DNA from: Planctomycetota bacterium | GTDB lineage: Bacteria > Planctomycetota > UBA8108 > SXIK01 | Length of the DNA: 64,000 bases | Assembly (NCBI GenBank): GCA_965223265.1 | Contig: OZ244999.1 | Location: forward strand, 3,392,001-3,456,000 | Direction: 5' to 3' | In this document: piece after piece, positions 19,835 through 30,629 of the stretch | How positions within the stretch are numbered: the stretch's first letter is position 1 | How the letters are laid out: every line of letters begins with the position of its first letter | The notes under the pieces: generated by a model | What the model was told of the DNA's origin: nothing | What the model saw: the letters and a program-made list of their open reading frames with translations, nothing else | Databases searched by the model: none | Translations under genes and position numbers: made by a program

Positions 19835-21319
19835 CTACCGCAGCTCGAGCTGTGACGGAGGCGGTACAAAACTCCCGGCATGCGCGTTCTTGAGTTCCTC
19901 AATCGCAGCGACGATGTCGGGGTGATGCGCGGCGACGTCGTCGGTTTCGCTGGGGTCGGTCTCGAGGTTGTACAGCAGTGGTGGGTCTTGCGTCTTTGCA
20001 GGTTCACCGCCATAGCTCGACTTGGTGATAAAGTGGGCTTTGAAAGGCCCCTTGCGGACGGCAAAGATTTGGCGACCGCGGTAGAAGAACATGTGATCTC
20101 GGGGACTCTCGCTCGAACCCTCCAGAAGTTTCGACAGGTCGAAGCCGTCGAGCACGCGATCTGCTGGCGGCGGCGCGCCGGCAAGGGCGAGAAACGTCGG
20201 CAGGAGATCAAGCGTCGAGGCCATGCCCGGTTGTACCGAGGCGGCCGGGACACGACCTGGCCACCATGCGATCGTCGGCTCCCGCATGCCGCCTTCCCAT
20301 GTTGAACCTTTGCCGTCACGCAGCAGTCCTGCCGAGCCGCCCTGGCGCCCAAACGTCAACCACGGTCCGTTGTCGCTCGTGAAGACAACCAGCGTGCGGC
20401 GATCAAGGCCCTCGCGGCGCAGCGTTTCGAGGACCTGGCCGACCGACCAGTCGATTTCCTCAATGACGTCGCCGTAGAGTCCGCGCAAACTTTGGCCTCG
20501 AAACTCCGTCGATCGAAACAGAGGCACGTGAGGCATGGAGTGCGCGAGATAGAGAAAGAAGGGCTCGTCTTTGTTTTTCTTGATGAACTCGACGGCTTCT
20601 TCTGTGTAGCGGCGCGTGAGAAGAGGTTGATCGGCGGGTCGCTCCACCACTTTCTCACCTCGCATGAGAGGCACGTTCCAGTATTCGACCTTTGGCTTGT
20701 GAAACGCCTCGCGACCGCGTGGGGCGGAGCTGACTCGATCCATGTCGTTCGAATACGGAATGCCGAAGTACTCGTCGAATCCGTGGCGCGTCGGCAGGAA
20801 CTCCGGGAGATGGCCAAGGTGCCACTTGCCCACGCATGCGGTGCGGTAGCCCTTGGCCTTCAGCGCTTCCGCGATCGTGACTTCGTCTGCCTGAATCCCG
20901 CCCTTCGAGTCGGGGAACAGCACGCGGCGGCGATCGCTGGACATGCCGTTGCGAATCGGCAGCCGGCCGGTGAGCAGTGCCGCCCGGCTGGGCGTGCAGA
21001 CGCAGGCGGCAGAGTAGAACTGTGTCAGCTTCATCCCTTCGCGCGCCATGCGGTCGAGCTGCGGCGTGCGGATCGTTGGATGGCCGTAGCAGCCGAGGTC
21101 GCCGTAGCCCAAATCGTCACAAAAGATCACGACGAAATTGGGCGAGGTTTTATCCGGCGCAGCTCTCACCGGCGCGCTGCCGGCGATGATGACGAAGATG
21201 ATGAAGCAAAGTGCTGAGCTCATCGCTTTGGCGGGCGTGATCTCGACAACGCATCTCGATAGGCGTCGAACTGCTTTCATTGATTTCTCCACGATTGCGG
21301 ACAAGGCAGCGGGGCGCAT
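19835..21319 (-). CDS. Arylsulfatase (formylglycine-dependent, S1 family)
   Basis: 'DDLGYGD', CxPxR motif 'CTPSRAALLTG', 'GKWHLG' and 'FTSDNGP'. The real start is probably downstream (~21280 or ~21223). Confidence 0.95.
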   Translation of the reverse strand: MRPAALSAIVEKSMKAVRRLSRCVVEITPAKAMSSALCFIIFVIIAGSAPVRAAPDKTSPNFVVIFCDDLGYGDLGCYGHPTIRTPQLDRMAREGMKLTQFYSAACVCTPSRAALLTGRLPIRNGMSSDRRRVLFPDSKGGIQADEVTIAEALKAKGYRTACVGKWHLGHLPEFLPTRHGFDEYFGIPYSNDMDRVSSAPRGREAFHKPKVEYWNVPLMRGEKVVERPADQPLLTRRYTEEAVEFIKKNKDEPFFLYLAHSMPHVPLFRSTEFRGQSLRGLYGDVIEEIDWSVGQVLETLRREGLDRRTLVVFTSDNGPWLTFGRQGGSAGLLRDGKGSTWEGGMREPTIAWWPGRVPAASVQPGMASTLDLLPTFLALAGAPPPADRVLDGFDLSKLLEGSSESPRDHMFFYRGRQIFAVRKGPFKAHFITKSSYGGEPAKTQDPPLLYNLETDPSETDDVAAHHPDIVAAIEELKNAHAGSFVPPPSQLELR

Positions 21320-21389
21320 GTAGTAGCAACGTGTACGTAGGGTGCGACAAGACGCTACGCGCTAAGAGCCTCCTCGCAGTCGACGGCCC

Positions 21390-22793
21390 CTACACGAGCT
21401 CCTGGATCACCGGTCGGTTGTCTACGAGGTAGTGAGGGCGACCGTCACTGTCCACGAGCGTCGTATTGTTCGCGTCGATTCCGAGCGTGCGGTAGAGCGT
21501 CGCGAAGACTTCGCGGTAATGCACCGGTCGATCCTGTGCGCTGTCACCGAGCCGCGTCGTCGAACCGATCACTTGTCCCATCTTCATGCCGCCGCCAGCG
21601 AGCAGACACGAGGCAACCTGCGGCCAGTGATCACGTCCTCGGCCGCTGTTGATCTTTGGTGTGCGGCCGAACTCTCCCCAGACGACGACGGCGACCTCGT
21701 CGAGGAGTCCCTGCTCCTCGAGGTCCGTCACGAGTGCGTAGACGCCTTGGTCGAGCAAGGGCAACGTCGCGCGGGCTTTGTTGAAGTTGTCGCTGTGCCA
21801 GTCCCAGTTGTATCCGCCTCGGCTCTCGCGATCGAGCGGCCAACGGCTAAAGTTGAGCGTGACACAGCGCACACCGGCCTGCACGAGGCGGCGCGCTACG
21901 AGGAACTGCTCGAGCAGCTTGGCGCTGCCTTTTTCTGCTTTGCCCCCTTCGATCAGATAACGTCGTCGAAGGCTTTCACTTTCGGTGGAGATGTCGAACG
22001 CGCGTGCGAGTGCGCCCGAGCTGAGGATACCGAGCGCTTGACGAGTGAAGCTGTCAACGCCATGCATCTGCCCACGAGCGTCGACTTCACTGTGGAGGCG
22101 ATCGAGACTTGCGCGCAAACGACGGCGATCGCTCAACCGGTCGAGGGTCACGCCGCTCAATTGCATATCGGCGTGGGAACTCCCGCGCGGCTCAAAGCCC
22201 GCGTGGGCAGCGCCGAGGTAGCCGGGTTGCCCGATCGACGCGCGCGTCATCGACAGATCCCGTTTGGTGCCAAGACTGATGAACGGTGGCACACCGGGGC
22301 TCTTGGGTCCCATGATTCTCGAAATAACCGAGCCGATCGACGGCCACCCACCCTTGGGATAGCCAGGAATCCGGGGCGAATCGTCTTGCTGTGGATGCGT
22401 CTCCCAGCCGGTGATGCACTGGTGGACGTTGTGATCGTCGAGAGCCCCGACGAGCGAGCGAATCACAGCCAACCGGTCCATGATCGACGCGACTCTGGGC
22501 ATCAGCTCGCAGATCCTGATCCCCATCACGTTCGTTGGGATCGACCGAAACTCGCCGCGAATCTCGGTGGGGGCGTCCTCTTTGATGTCATACGTGTCTT
22601 GGTGCGGAGGGCCGCCGGGAAGAACGACCATGATGATGGCGCGGCGTGACGCTTCGATCCCCGCGACCGCCTCGGCGCGCAGGATCTCTGGCAGCGTCAG
22701 CCCACCGCCGAACGCCAAGCCTCCGACCTGGAGGAAGCTACGTCGGGTGAGCCCGTCGCAGTAGACGGATCCCGGTCCTAAGATTTTTAGCAT
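21390..22793 (-). CDS. DUF1501 family protein
   Basis: 'CDGLTRRSFL', 'GGPPHQDTYD', 'ARRLVQAGVR' and 'WGEFGRTPKIN...GRDHW'. Confidence 0.93.
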   Translation of the reverse strand: MLKILGPGSVYCDGLTRRSFLQVGGLAFGGGLTLPEILRAEAVAGIEASRRAIIMVVLPGGPPHQDTYDIKEDAPTEIRGEFRSIPTNVMGIRICELMPRVASIMDRLAVIRSLVGALDDHNVHQCITGWETHPQQDDSPRIPGYPKGGWPSIGSVISRIMGPKSPGVPPFISLGTKRDLSMTRASIGQPGYLGAAHAGFEPRGSSHADMQLSGVTLDRLSDRRRLRASLDRLHSEVDARGQMHGVDSFTRQALGILSSGALARAFDISTESESLRRRYLIEGGKAEKGSAKLLEQFLVARRLVQAGVRCVTLNFSRWPLDRESRGGYNWDWHSDNFNKARATLPLLDQGVYALVTDLEEQGLLDEVAVVVWGEFGRTPKINSGRGRDHWPQVASCLLAGGGMKMGQVIGSTTRLGDSAQDRPVHYREVFATLYRTLGIDANNTTLVDSDGRPHYLVDNRPVIQELV

Positions 22794-23064
22794 CGGTCTC
22801 GCACCTTGACCAAACGATGCGCCCATTCGCGCATCTCCATGACCACGTCCAAGTTAGTGAAGAGAGGCGGCAGGTTCAAGTCTCTTGCTGGCCCGAGGGC
22901 GCCGAGAACGCGGAGTTTTCCGGCGCCTCCCATCCCTTGGGAGCAGCGGTAGAAGTTATTTGCCGCCGCGGCGAGCCCGAAGGAGCGGTACTGCGCCGCG
23001 GGACGATCAGGCGGGCGTAGCGCGCGGCGGAGATTCAACCCCGAACCACGTCGTCAGCAGGCGA

Positions 23065-24378
23065 CTAACCGAGCGTCGGTAGTGACCATGGCGTGCGGTA
23101 CTCCTTAGTTAGGAGCGCCTGGGCCTCTGGGTCGCCTTCGATCTGCTCGGTGTCAGGATTGAATTTGAGCACCCGTCCGACCCGATAACCGACTTCACCG
23201 AGGTGAATCACTCCACACGTCAGGTGCGCTTCGTCGGCGTCTGCGATCGGGCTCTTGCGTGAGCGCACGCTCGCCAAGAAGTCCTGCATATGGTATCGAG
23301 CCCGCGCGCTGGTCTGCTTCATGCCAGGCCCTTTTTCTTCTTTTCGTCCGAGGTAGACCTGAAAATAGCCTCGGCGTGAAAAGATCATGTAACCCTTGGT
23401 GCCGTAGAAAGCGTTGCCGCTGTCGAAACCATGAAGGCCGTACGGCGTGAACATGCGATCCTCGTAGAGGAGCACGCGCCCATCGGCGTACTCGTAGGCG
23501 ACCGACATGTTGTCCGGGTACTCGGTCAGGCCTCCAGCTGCAGCGCGACTGCCGTGCGACGTGATGCGAACGGGGTGTGTGCTGACGCCAAGCAGCCAGC
23601 GACCGATGTCGATGTCGTGAGCGCCGTCGTCGCCGATGTCGCCGTTACCGTAATCGCGGAATTGACGCCACGTGCGGTGGAAGCGGTTCTCGTTGAACGG
23701 TCGTTTGGGGGCAGGTCCGAGCCACAGATCGTAATCGACACCAGGAGGCGGCGCCGAGTCCGGTTTCGGCTCGAGGTGTCGGCGTTTTTGCACGTTCCAA
23801 GCCTTCGCCATCCTGACCTCGCCGAGGATGCCCGAGGCGATGACTTCTCGCGCCTTGGTCGTGAACTCCGCTGAGCGGGTCTGCGTTCCGTGCTGAACGA
23901 TACGGCCCAGACGCCGCGCCGCGTCGGCCAGAGCACGACCTTCTGAAAAGACGTGGCTGGCCGGCTTCTCGACATAAGCATCCTTGCCACCGCGAAGCAG
24001 CTGTAGAGCCATGGGGACGTGCCAGTGATGCGGCGTGGCGACCACCGTAGCGTCGACGTCGCGCGCGTCGGCTACGTGACGAAAGTCCTTGACGAGCTTC
24101 GGTTCCCCGCCACCCGCCTCTTTGACGGCGTCTGCGCCGCGCGTCCTCACCTGCGGGTCGACGTCGCAGAGCATCGTGATGCGCGCCTGAGACTTCAGTT
24201 CGAGCAACCGCCGCACGTGCCCGAACCCCATGCCGTTGAAACCGACGACAGCCATGGGGATCTGTTCATTGGGAGACCCAAAGGCAACGCGCACCTGAGG
24301 CGCGGCGAAGGCACCCGCGGCAGCAGCGCCGGCGGCGGCCCGACCGAGAAAACGACGTCGAGTGACTTTCTTCATCAT
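23065..24378 (-). CDS. Tat-exported Gfo/Idh/MocA oxidoreductase
   Basis: Tat motif 'TRRRFL', plus 'ATPHHWH', 'YVEKP' and 'YDLWLGPAP'. Confidence 0.92.
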   Translation of the reverse strand: MMKKVTRRRFLGRAAAGAAAAGAFAAPQVRVAFGSPNEQIPMAVVGFNGMGFGHVRRLLELKSQARITMLCDVDPQVRTRGADAVKEAGGGEPKLVKDFRHVADARDVDATVVATPHHWHVPMALQLLRGGKDAYVEKPASHVFSEGRALADAARRLGRIVQHGTQTRSAEFTTKAREVIASGILGEVRMAKAWNVQKRRHLEPKPDSAPPPGVDYDLWLGPAPKRPFNENRFHRTWRQFRDYGNGDIGDDGAHDIDIGRWLLGVSTHPVRITSHGSRAAAGGLTEYPDNMSVAYEYADGRVLLYEDRMFTPYGLHGFDSGNAFYGTKGYMIFSRRGYFQVYLGRKEEKGPGMKQTSARARYHMQDFLASVRSRKSPIADADEAHLTCGVIHLGEVGYRVGRVLKFNPDTEQIEGDPEAQALLTKEYRTPWSLPTLG

Positions 24379-24731
24379 GCTGAGACTCCTCTATGAGCAG
24401 TGGAACAGACTCAGTGTAGCGAAAAACGAGCCCAAGAACACGTCCAGTGAGTGTGAGTCTTCAGATGAAGCGCTCGCCAAGTGCGAGAATCAGGAGGACA
24501 ACGCCCAGCGCGGGCACGCCGTATTTCGCGAAACGATAGGCGTTGGTACGGCGGCGATCGATCACAAGTTTCTTTATGCGGCGAGGCGCGCGGTCGAATC
24601 GAGCTGATCGCCGAATCAAAACGGTCCGGGACTGGCTCCGGGGCCATGCCTGACAGTTTCTGTAACTCTCGACGGATGCAGGTCGGATGCGCGACGGCGG
24701 TCGAATCGTGGCGTAACGGTCGAATTAGCAG

Positions 24732-25727
24732 CTAACTCGGGTCCCACTGCGCCCGGCACACCGCTGAGGTCAACACCCCTGGATTGACGACGTGGCGGGG
24801 ACGTTCCTTCCGCAGCACCTGACTCACGTGCTCGGCGGCCCGTTGCGCGAGGTCGGAGATCGCCTGCTCTGAATAGAACGCCGCATGCGGTGTAGCGATC
24901 ACGCGCGGGTGGGTCAACAGTGGATGGTCGGCCGGTGGCGGCTCCGTCGTCAGCACGTCCAAAGCGGCGCCGGCGATTTCGCCGCTCTGGAGCGCATGCA
25001 GGAGCGCATCTTCGTCAACGAGCGCGCCGCGCGATGTATTGATCAAGAGTGCCGATGGTTTCATGCGCCTGAACGCGGCGGCGTCGATCAAATATCGCGT
25101 CGAGTCGTTCAGCGGTGCGTGCAGTGAGACAAAATCGGAGCGCGAAAGGAGTTCGTCCAGCGCCGCGACCGGCTCGGCGTCCGCCAGTGAGGTGCTGCTG
25201 TTGAACCGCGGAGTGTGAGCCAGAACTGTGAGCCCAAGAGCCGTCGCTTTGCGTGCCACCGCGCGGGCGGTGTTGCCAAAACCGACCAGGCCAAGCGTCT
25301 GGCCGCGAAGGCGCTGGACACCTCGTCCAGTGCTCAGATCCCAGACGGACCGTGATGTCGAATGGTCGAACGCGACGATTCGCCGCGCCCACGCAAGGAG
25401 TAGAGCCAGGACATGATCCGAAACCTCGTCGAGGCAAAAGTCGGGGACGTTCGTGACCACAATCCCCAAGCGCGTCGCCGCCTCGACGTCGATGTTGTCC
25501 ACGCCGATTCCGTAGCGACTCACGACCTGAACCTTGGGTGCGGATTCGAGGACGGCGGCACTGACTGACTTCCAGCACGTGAGGATCGCGTCGGATTGTG
25601 GCGCCAGGCGCAGGAGCTCGTCTTCGTCGCCAGAGTCGGCAACAACGAGCTCGACTCCCAGCGGCTTCAGCACGGCACGCTCGATAGCCAGGTTCGGCCA
25701 CGCGTAGTCAGTTACGAGAACGTTCAA
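24732..25727 (-). CDS. D-isomer-specific 2-hydroxyacid dehydrogenase (CtBP/SerA-like)
   Basis: '[10 protein letters not shown]', '[10 protein letters not shown]', 'INTSRG' and 'TPHAAFYS'. Start estimated at TTG 25727. Confidence 0.9.
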   Translation of the reverse strand: MNVLVTDYAWPNLAIERAVLKPLGVELVVADSGDEDELLRLAPQSDAILTCWKSVSAAVLESAPKVQVVSRYGIGVDNIDVEAATRLGIVVTNVPDFCLDEVSDHVLALLLAWARRIVAFDHSTSRSVWDLSTGRGVQRLRGQTLGLVGFGNTARAVARKATALGLTVLAHTPRFNSSTSLADAEPVAALDELLSRSDFVSLHAPLNDSTRYLIDAAAFRRMKPSALLINTSRGALVDEDALLHALQSGEIAGAALDVLTTEPPPADHPLLTHPRVIATPHAAFYSEQAISDLAQRAAEHVSQVLRKERPRHVVNPGVLTSAVCRAQWDPS

Positions 25728-26079
25728 ATCGGTGTCCACTCCAATGAATGTATCCGGATCGGCAGCGCAGGTGTCGGGTCTCCCGGTCCGGGTCGATAGC
25801 CGAAGCAACGCCATGCGGCAGCATCGGCGCGGCGTTGAAAACTCGCTGGCTGCGTCGTCGACGCGTAGAGGCGCGGTTTCTTGCTGCCAGCTGGAGACAG
25901 GCTCTTCAGCCGAGGGTTTCGTTCTCCACAGGTCTGTTCTATCCTATCAGCCCGCCCCCAAAAACATTCGGCCTGCCCGTCGAGCTCAGGAGCTTCCGCT
26001 GTCCAAATCGATTCGTGGCATTGCCTGCGAAGCGGCGCTCGGCAAGGGCAAACAACCACTTCTGGAGCGTGACCGCGAT

Positions 26080-28473
26080 ATGAAGATCACCACCTCAACC
26101 GTGTGCGCCTTTGTCGCTCTCTCCATTCAGGTCTGCGTCGGCGTGCTCTGGTGCTCGTCGCTTCAGGCCCGCGACGAACGACCCAACATTCTCTTCATCT
26201 TCACCGACGACCATGCGGCGCACGCCATCAGCGCCTACGGATCACGCATCAACACGACGCCGAACATGGATCGATTGGCGCAGCAAGGAATGCTTTTTCG
26301 GAACTGCTTTGTGACCAATTCAATCTGCGGGCCGAGTCGAGCGGTGATCTTGACGGGAAAGCATAGTCACATCAACGGCTTCATGACCAACGGCGACCGT
26401 TTCGACGGCTCGCAGCAGACGTTTCCAAAGTTGCTACGAAAGGCCGGGTACCAGACGGCGATCTTCGGTAAGTGGCACCTGCGTACCGAACCAACAGGCT
26501 TCGACGCCTGGGAGGTGCTCAGGGGACAGGGGCCGTACTACAACCCGACGCTCCGCACTCCTTCGGGGCCGGTCGAGCACGTCGGCTACACCACGGACAT
26601 CATCACCGACCGAACGCTCGAGTGGTTGAAAAAAGGGAGAGATTCCTCGAAGCCGTTCATGCTCATGAGTCAACACAAAGCGCCGCACCGATCATGGCAG
26701 CCAGGGCCGAAGCATTTGACGCGCTACGATGGCGTCGACATTCCCGAACCGCCGACGCTGTTCGACGACTACAGCGGCCGAGGGCGCGCCGCGAAGCAGC
26801 AAAAGATGACGATTGCCCAGCATCTCACCGAGGGTGATCTGAAGCTCGTCACGCCGAAGAACCTGACAGAGGACCAACGGGAGCAGTGGGACCGCGCCTA
26901 CGGTCCGAAGAACAAGGCGTTTCGCGATGCCAACCTGCAGGGAAAGGAGCTCGTACGCTGGAAGTATCAGCGCTATGTCAAAGACTACCTGCGCTGCGTC
27001 GACTCGGTCGACGACAACATAGGCCGTCTGCTCGAGTACCTCGACGAGAGCGGCCTCGCGGAGAACACCGTCGTCATCTACTCATCCGACCAAGGCTGGT
27101 ACCTCGGCGATCATGGCTGGTACGACAAAAGGTGGATGTACGAGGAGTCGCTGCGCATGCCGTTGATTGTGCGCTGGCCAGGGGTCGTGGCGAGCGGCAG
27201 CGAAAATCGCGATCTCACGTCGAATCTCGATTTCGCTTCGACGTTTCTGGACATCGCCGGCGCCGAGATTCCCGCTGACCTGCAGGGTCGAAGTCTCGTG
27301 CCGCTCCTCAGAGGGGTCGCTCCGATCGAATGGCGCCAGAGTATCTACTATCAGTACTATGAGTACCCGGGCGCCCACAGTGTGCGGCGTCACTACGGCG
27401 TGCGAACCGAAAAGTACAAGCTGATCCACTTCTACAATCTCGGCGAGTGGGAGTTCTACGACCTTGATCGCGATCCGGATGAGCTGCAGAACCGGTACGA
27501 CGACCCAGCATACGCACAAGTGATTTCGACCCATCGAGAGGAGCTGGACCGCCTGCGCGAGCGCTATCAAGTGCCGGTCGACTCGCGATCGATTCTGCAC
27601 AAGTCGAATCGGGTGCGCGTCTTGATCTGGGACGAGCAGCAACCGAGCCAAAAGAAGGCATACCCCAACTACCTGGGCAACCAGATCGCTGCGGAGCTTG
27701 CCAAGAATGAGCTTTTGGACGTCACGTCAGCCCGATTTGCAGATCCGGAATTCGGCCTGACCAATGCGGCCATCGAACGCGCAGATGTCCTCGTTTGGTG
27801 GGGCCATCAAAAACACGGTGATGTCCCCGACGACAAGGCCGCTGCGATCGTCCGCCGCATCGAAAATGGCGAGCTGGCGATGATCACTCTGCACTCGGCG
27901 CATTGGGCGACGCCGTTTCGCATGGCGATGGAGTCGCGGGCTGCACAGGATGCTCTTGCAGCGCTGCCGGCAGAGGAGCGGAGTAAGGCGAGAGTGACGT
28001 TCGTCGGCGAGCGGATTCGCCGGCCTCCTCCTGCCTCGAAGCGGCTGGCGCTCCAGACAGAGTACAGTCGCGGGGCTGACGGTGTGATTGAAGTCTCGAT
28101 CGAAACACCGAACTGCTGCTTTCCTCGCTGTTGCCATCCGGCGGAGCCCTCGACCGTCCGCACACTCCTCCCCGACCATCCGATCGCCGTGGGGATTCCG
28201 GCGAGCTTCGTTCTGCCGGAGACGGAGATGTACGATGAGCCGTTCCATGTTCCGGCGCCGGACGCCGTCATCTTCGAGGAGTTTTGGCAGGACGGCGAGC
28301 ACTTCCGCAGCGGCGCGCTGTGGGATGTCGGCGACGGAAAGGTCTTTTACTTCCGCCCAGGGCATGAGACCTACAAGGTGTTCTTTGAGCCGATGGCACT
28401 TAAGATCGTCGAGAATGCCGCACTTTGGCTCGGCGAGGGTGTTCGAAATCGTCGAGGGCCTCACCGTGGTTAA
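26080..28473 (+). CDS. Secreted sulfatase fused to a C-terminal ThuA-like domain
   Basis: Signal peptide from ATG 26080; 'FTDDH', 'CGPSRA', 'GKWHL' and 'DKRWMYEES'. These are followed by ThuA motifs 'VLVWWGH', 'LHSAH', 'EMYDEPF' and '[10 protein letters not shown]'. Confidence 0.88.
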   Translation: MKITTSTVCAFVALSIQVCVGVLWCSSLQARDERPNILFIFTDDHAAHAISAYGSRINTTPNMDRLAQQGMLFRNCFVTNSICGPSRAVILTGKHSHINGFMTNGDRFDGSQQTFPKLLRKAGYQTAIFGKWHLRTEPTGFDAWEVLRGQGPYYNPTLRTPSGPVEHVGYTTDIITDRTLEWLKKGRDSSKPFMLMSQHKAPHRSWQPGPKHLTRYDGVDIPEPPTLFDDYSGRGRAAKQQKMTIAQHLTEGDLKLVTPKNLTEDQREQWDRAYGPKNKAFRDANLQGKELVRWKYQRYVKDYLRCVDSVDDNIGRLLEYLDESGLAENTVVIYSSDQGWYLGDHGWYDKRWMYEESLRMPLIVRWPGVVASGSENRDLTSNLDFASTFLDIAGAEIPADLQGRSLVPLLRGVAPIEWRQSIYYQYYEYPGAHSVRRHYGVRTEKYKLIHFYNLGEWEFYDLDRDPDELQNRYDDPAYAQVISTHREELDRLRERYQVPVDSRSILHKSNRVRVLIWDEQQPSQKKAYPNYLGNQIAAELAKNELLDVTSARFADPEFGLTNAAIERADVLVWWGHQKHGDVPDDKAAAIVRRIENGELAMITLHSAHWATPFRMAMESRAAQDALAALPAEERSKARVTFVGERIRRPPPASKRLALQTEYSRGADGVIEVSIETPNCCFPRCCHPAEPSTVRTLLPDHPIAVGIPASFVLPETEMYDEPFHVPAPDAVIFEEFWQDGEHFRSGALWDVGDGKVFYFRPGHETYKVFFEPMALKIVENAALWLGEGVRNRRGPHRG

Positions 28474-28541
28474 GTCGAAACGGCCTCGGAATCCCCGCGA
28501 AACTCGTCCGGCCAGGCCGGCGCGAAATGGCCAAACTCGAG
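28472..28541 (+). mobile_element. MITE family A, right-end fragment with an intact (empty) TIR
   Basis: ...CCCGCGAAACTCGTCCGGCCAGGCCGGCGCGAAATGGCCAAACTCGAG is identical to 60241-60288. Confidence 0.85.
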
Positions 28542-28549
28542 TAGCTTAG

Positions 28550-28641
28550 CAGCCTGTTGAAAAAGTGCTTCGAGCTGAAAACTGGTCGCTTCGCGTCCAG
28601 ATCAGCCGCGGCGAACGCAGGTAATCTCCGAGATTTTCGAG
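28550..28641 (+). mobile_element. MITE family B, left-half fragment
   Basis: CAGCCTGTTGAAAAAGTGCTTCGAGCTGAAAACTGGTC...GAGATTTTCGAG matches the start of the 39898 copy. It is preceded by TTAG. Confidence 0.85.
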
Positions 28642-28987
28642 GCTCGCCAATTGGGTGCGGTGTTAGGTGTCTATTCGGTCCTCACCGGCGATCCTTGATA
28701 TGGTCTCAATATGGGCACTTGCAACGAACCGTTCCTTCGAGGATAACGGAGTGGAGTGCGCCTCGTCGTGAGGCGATGCGTTCGTAGGGTGAATTTCAAG
28801 ACGCGTAAGGGCGGGTTTCGTTGGTGTCTATCGCAGACGCGGTAGTGCCAGAGCGCGGCAGGCAGTCGTTGCACGCGGTTTCGGCGGACCAAACGTGCCC
28901 GAGACGAGTTTCGTTTCGAATGAGTCGGTGCTCGGGTTAGTTCCCGGGTCAGACATTTCCGAAGGGTTGCGTTGCAAGGAGGTGCGC

Positions 28988-30328
28988 ATGCAGCGGTTTA
29001 CCGTTTTCGCTTTGGCGTTTGTCTTGACGGCGGCGTGGGGGACACGAGGGGTGGCGCAGGAAGGAGTCATCTCGGGTTGTATCTTGTGGGATGTCAACTG
29101 TAACGGCGTCTACGACGAAGGCGTCGATCTAGGCATCGAGGGCGTGGAGATCACACTTCTTGACGCAGGTGGCGCTCCAACGGGAATCTCGACGGTTTCC
29201 GCGAACACGACGGCGCCCGGCTTCTACGGGTTTGAGAACTTGGTGCAACAGCCCTACCAGGTCAGTGTCGCCGACATCCCGGGGTTCGAACTCAACGCGG
29301 TGCAGTGTCTGACCCCGTGGCCTGCCTGCGACGACACGACCGAGAACCCGAAGCCGGTCGACATCACAGACCACAACCTCAGAATGAAGCTCAACTTCCT
29401 GTACTGCAGAGAACCGGAACCGCCGGCTTCGCTCTGTTGGATGACCGGTGGTGGTGTCAAGTTCGATTCGATCACCAGAACACACAACGCAGAAATGTCG
29501 ACCTCCAACGGGCCGAAGGACAGCGTTGGCGGCGTGGTTGCGCCTTCTTGCAGCGGCTTCCCGAGCAATGGCGGGCAGTGGAATCACGTCGCCCACGGCC
29601 TCAAGCTCCACCTCACGGGCTTCGACATTGAGGTCGTTCGCTGCGGCAACGTCGACGGCCACCCGCCAGGGACTGATTCACCTGTGTGCGAGGTCAACTT
29701 CATCGAGTGGGTAGGAACCGGGCGGCTCCAAGGCATCGGAGGTAACAAATTCGGTCCGATCGACGTGTCGTTCTTCGGGCGTGTCGAAGACCGCAACGAA
29801 CCGGGTAACGAGCAGAGCGCCAAGTCTGGCGGGGATATTGATCGCTACTTCCTGCGAGTGGTTGACGGTGGCGGCACGGTTCACATCCTCGTCGATGAGG
29901 ACGGTGTCGACGATGGCGCTGTCGATCCGCTGACGATCACCGGCGGCAACTTCCAGATCCACTGCACGAGCTGCGACGACGAAGTCGACGGCGGTGGTGG
30001 TGCGGAGGATCCGCTCGATTGGGTCAGCCCCATCTTGCGTGACGGTCTCGGTGAGGGGATGTACTTCCTCCGCGGGGACTCGAACTCCGACGGCCTCGTC
30101 GACGTGTCGGATGCGATTTTCACACTCGGCGACCTGTTCATGGACACCGGCCGTCCGAGCTGCTTCGACGCTGCCGACACCAATGACGACGGCGTGATCG
30201 ATCTTTCCGATCCGGTCTCGACGCTCGAAGCGCTCTACGTTGGCGCGTTCACGATTCCGGCTCCGTATCCAGAAGCTGGGCCTGACGCGACGCGTACAGA
30301 CAATCTGAACTGCGTCCTCTATCGCTGA
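28988..30328 (+). CDS. Secreted Cys-rich protein with an SdrD-B-like domain and a C-terminal dockerin/EF-hand-like domain
   Basis: AGGAGG RBS and signal peptide. SdrD-B-like 'ISGCILWDVNCNGVYDEGVDLGIEGVEITL'. C-terminal 'FLRGDSNSDGLVDVSD...CFDAADTNDDGVIDLSD'. Confidence 0.8.
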   Translation: MQRFTVFALAFVLTAAWGTRGVAQEGVISGCILWDVNCNGVYDEGVDLGIEGVEITLLDAGGAPTGISTVSANTTAPGFYGFENLVQQPYQVSVADIPGFELNAVQCLTPWPACDDTTENPKPVDITDHNLRMKLNFLYCREPEPPASLCWMTGGGVKFDSITRTHNAEMSTSNGPKDSVGGVVAPSCSGFPSNGGQWNHVAHGLKLHLTGFDIEVVRCGNVDGHPPGTDSPVCEVNFIEWVGTGRLQGIGGNKFGPIDVSFFGRVEDRNEPGNEQSAKSGGDIDRYFLRVVDGGGTVHILVDEDGVDDGAVDPLTITGGNFQIHCTSCDDEVDGGGGAEDPLDWVSPILRDGLGEGMYFLRGDSNSDGLVDVSDAIFTLGDLFMDTGRPSCFDAADTNDDGVIDLSDPVSTLEALYVGAFTIPAPYPEAGPDATRTDNLNCVLYR

Positions 30329-30384
30329 AGCGACTTGCATGACGCGGCCAACTCGGTCGCTTGCATTTCGCCGATAGGAGGGGT

Positions 30385-30424
30385 GAAGCCCTCGGGTTTT
30401 CGGACCCGGGGGCTTCGTTTTTTT
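30385..30424 (+). terminator. Rho-independent terminator
   Basis: GAAGCCCTCGGGT-loop-ACCCGGGGGCTTC followed by G and T7, 56 bp after the 30328 stop. Confidence 0.85.
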
Positions 30425-30629
30425 GTCGTGGGCCGCCTGGCCCGCGCGCGATGATTTGAACGCAACGGCGATCAATGAGAATCGCGCCTCGAAGGACTCG
30501 AACACGCGGCGCTGCTCGGATAAGCTGCTGTGTTTCGCGCCGTGCAGCGAAAGGCTCTGCGACAAGATCGCCGGTTTCGCTATGTGAGACACGCCGCGTC
30601 CAACTTTAGAGGTCTTCGCGAGATCGCCC

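Noticed and set aside
21432-22649. 405-aa + strand ORF
   Set aside because: Antisense shadow of the DUF1501 gene, as expected at high GC.
28557-28787. Recurring short peptides such as 'KKCFE.KTG.FASRSAA' and 'RETRPARPARNG' in several ORFs
   Set aside because: These are translations of MITE A and B DNA rather than a protein family. They also explain false N-terminal extensions such as 59830-59928.
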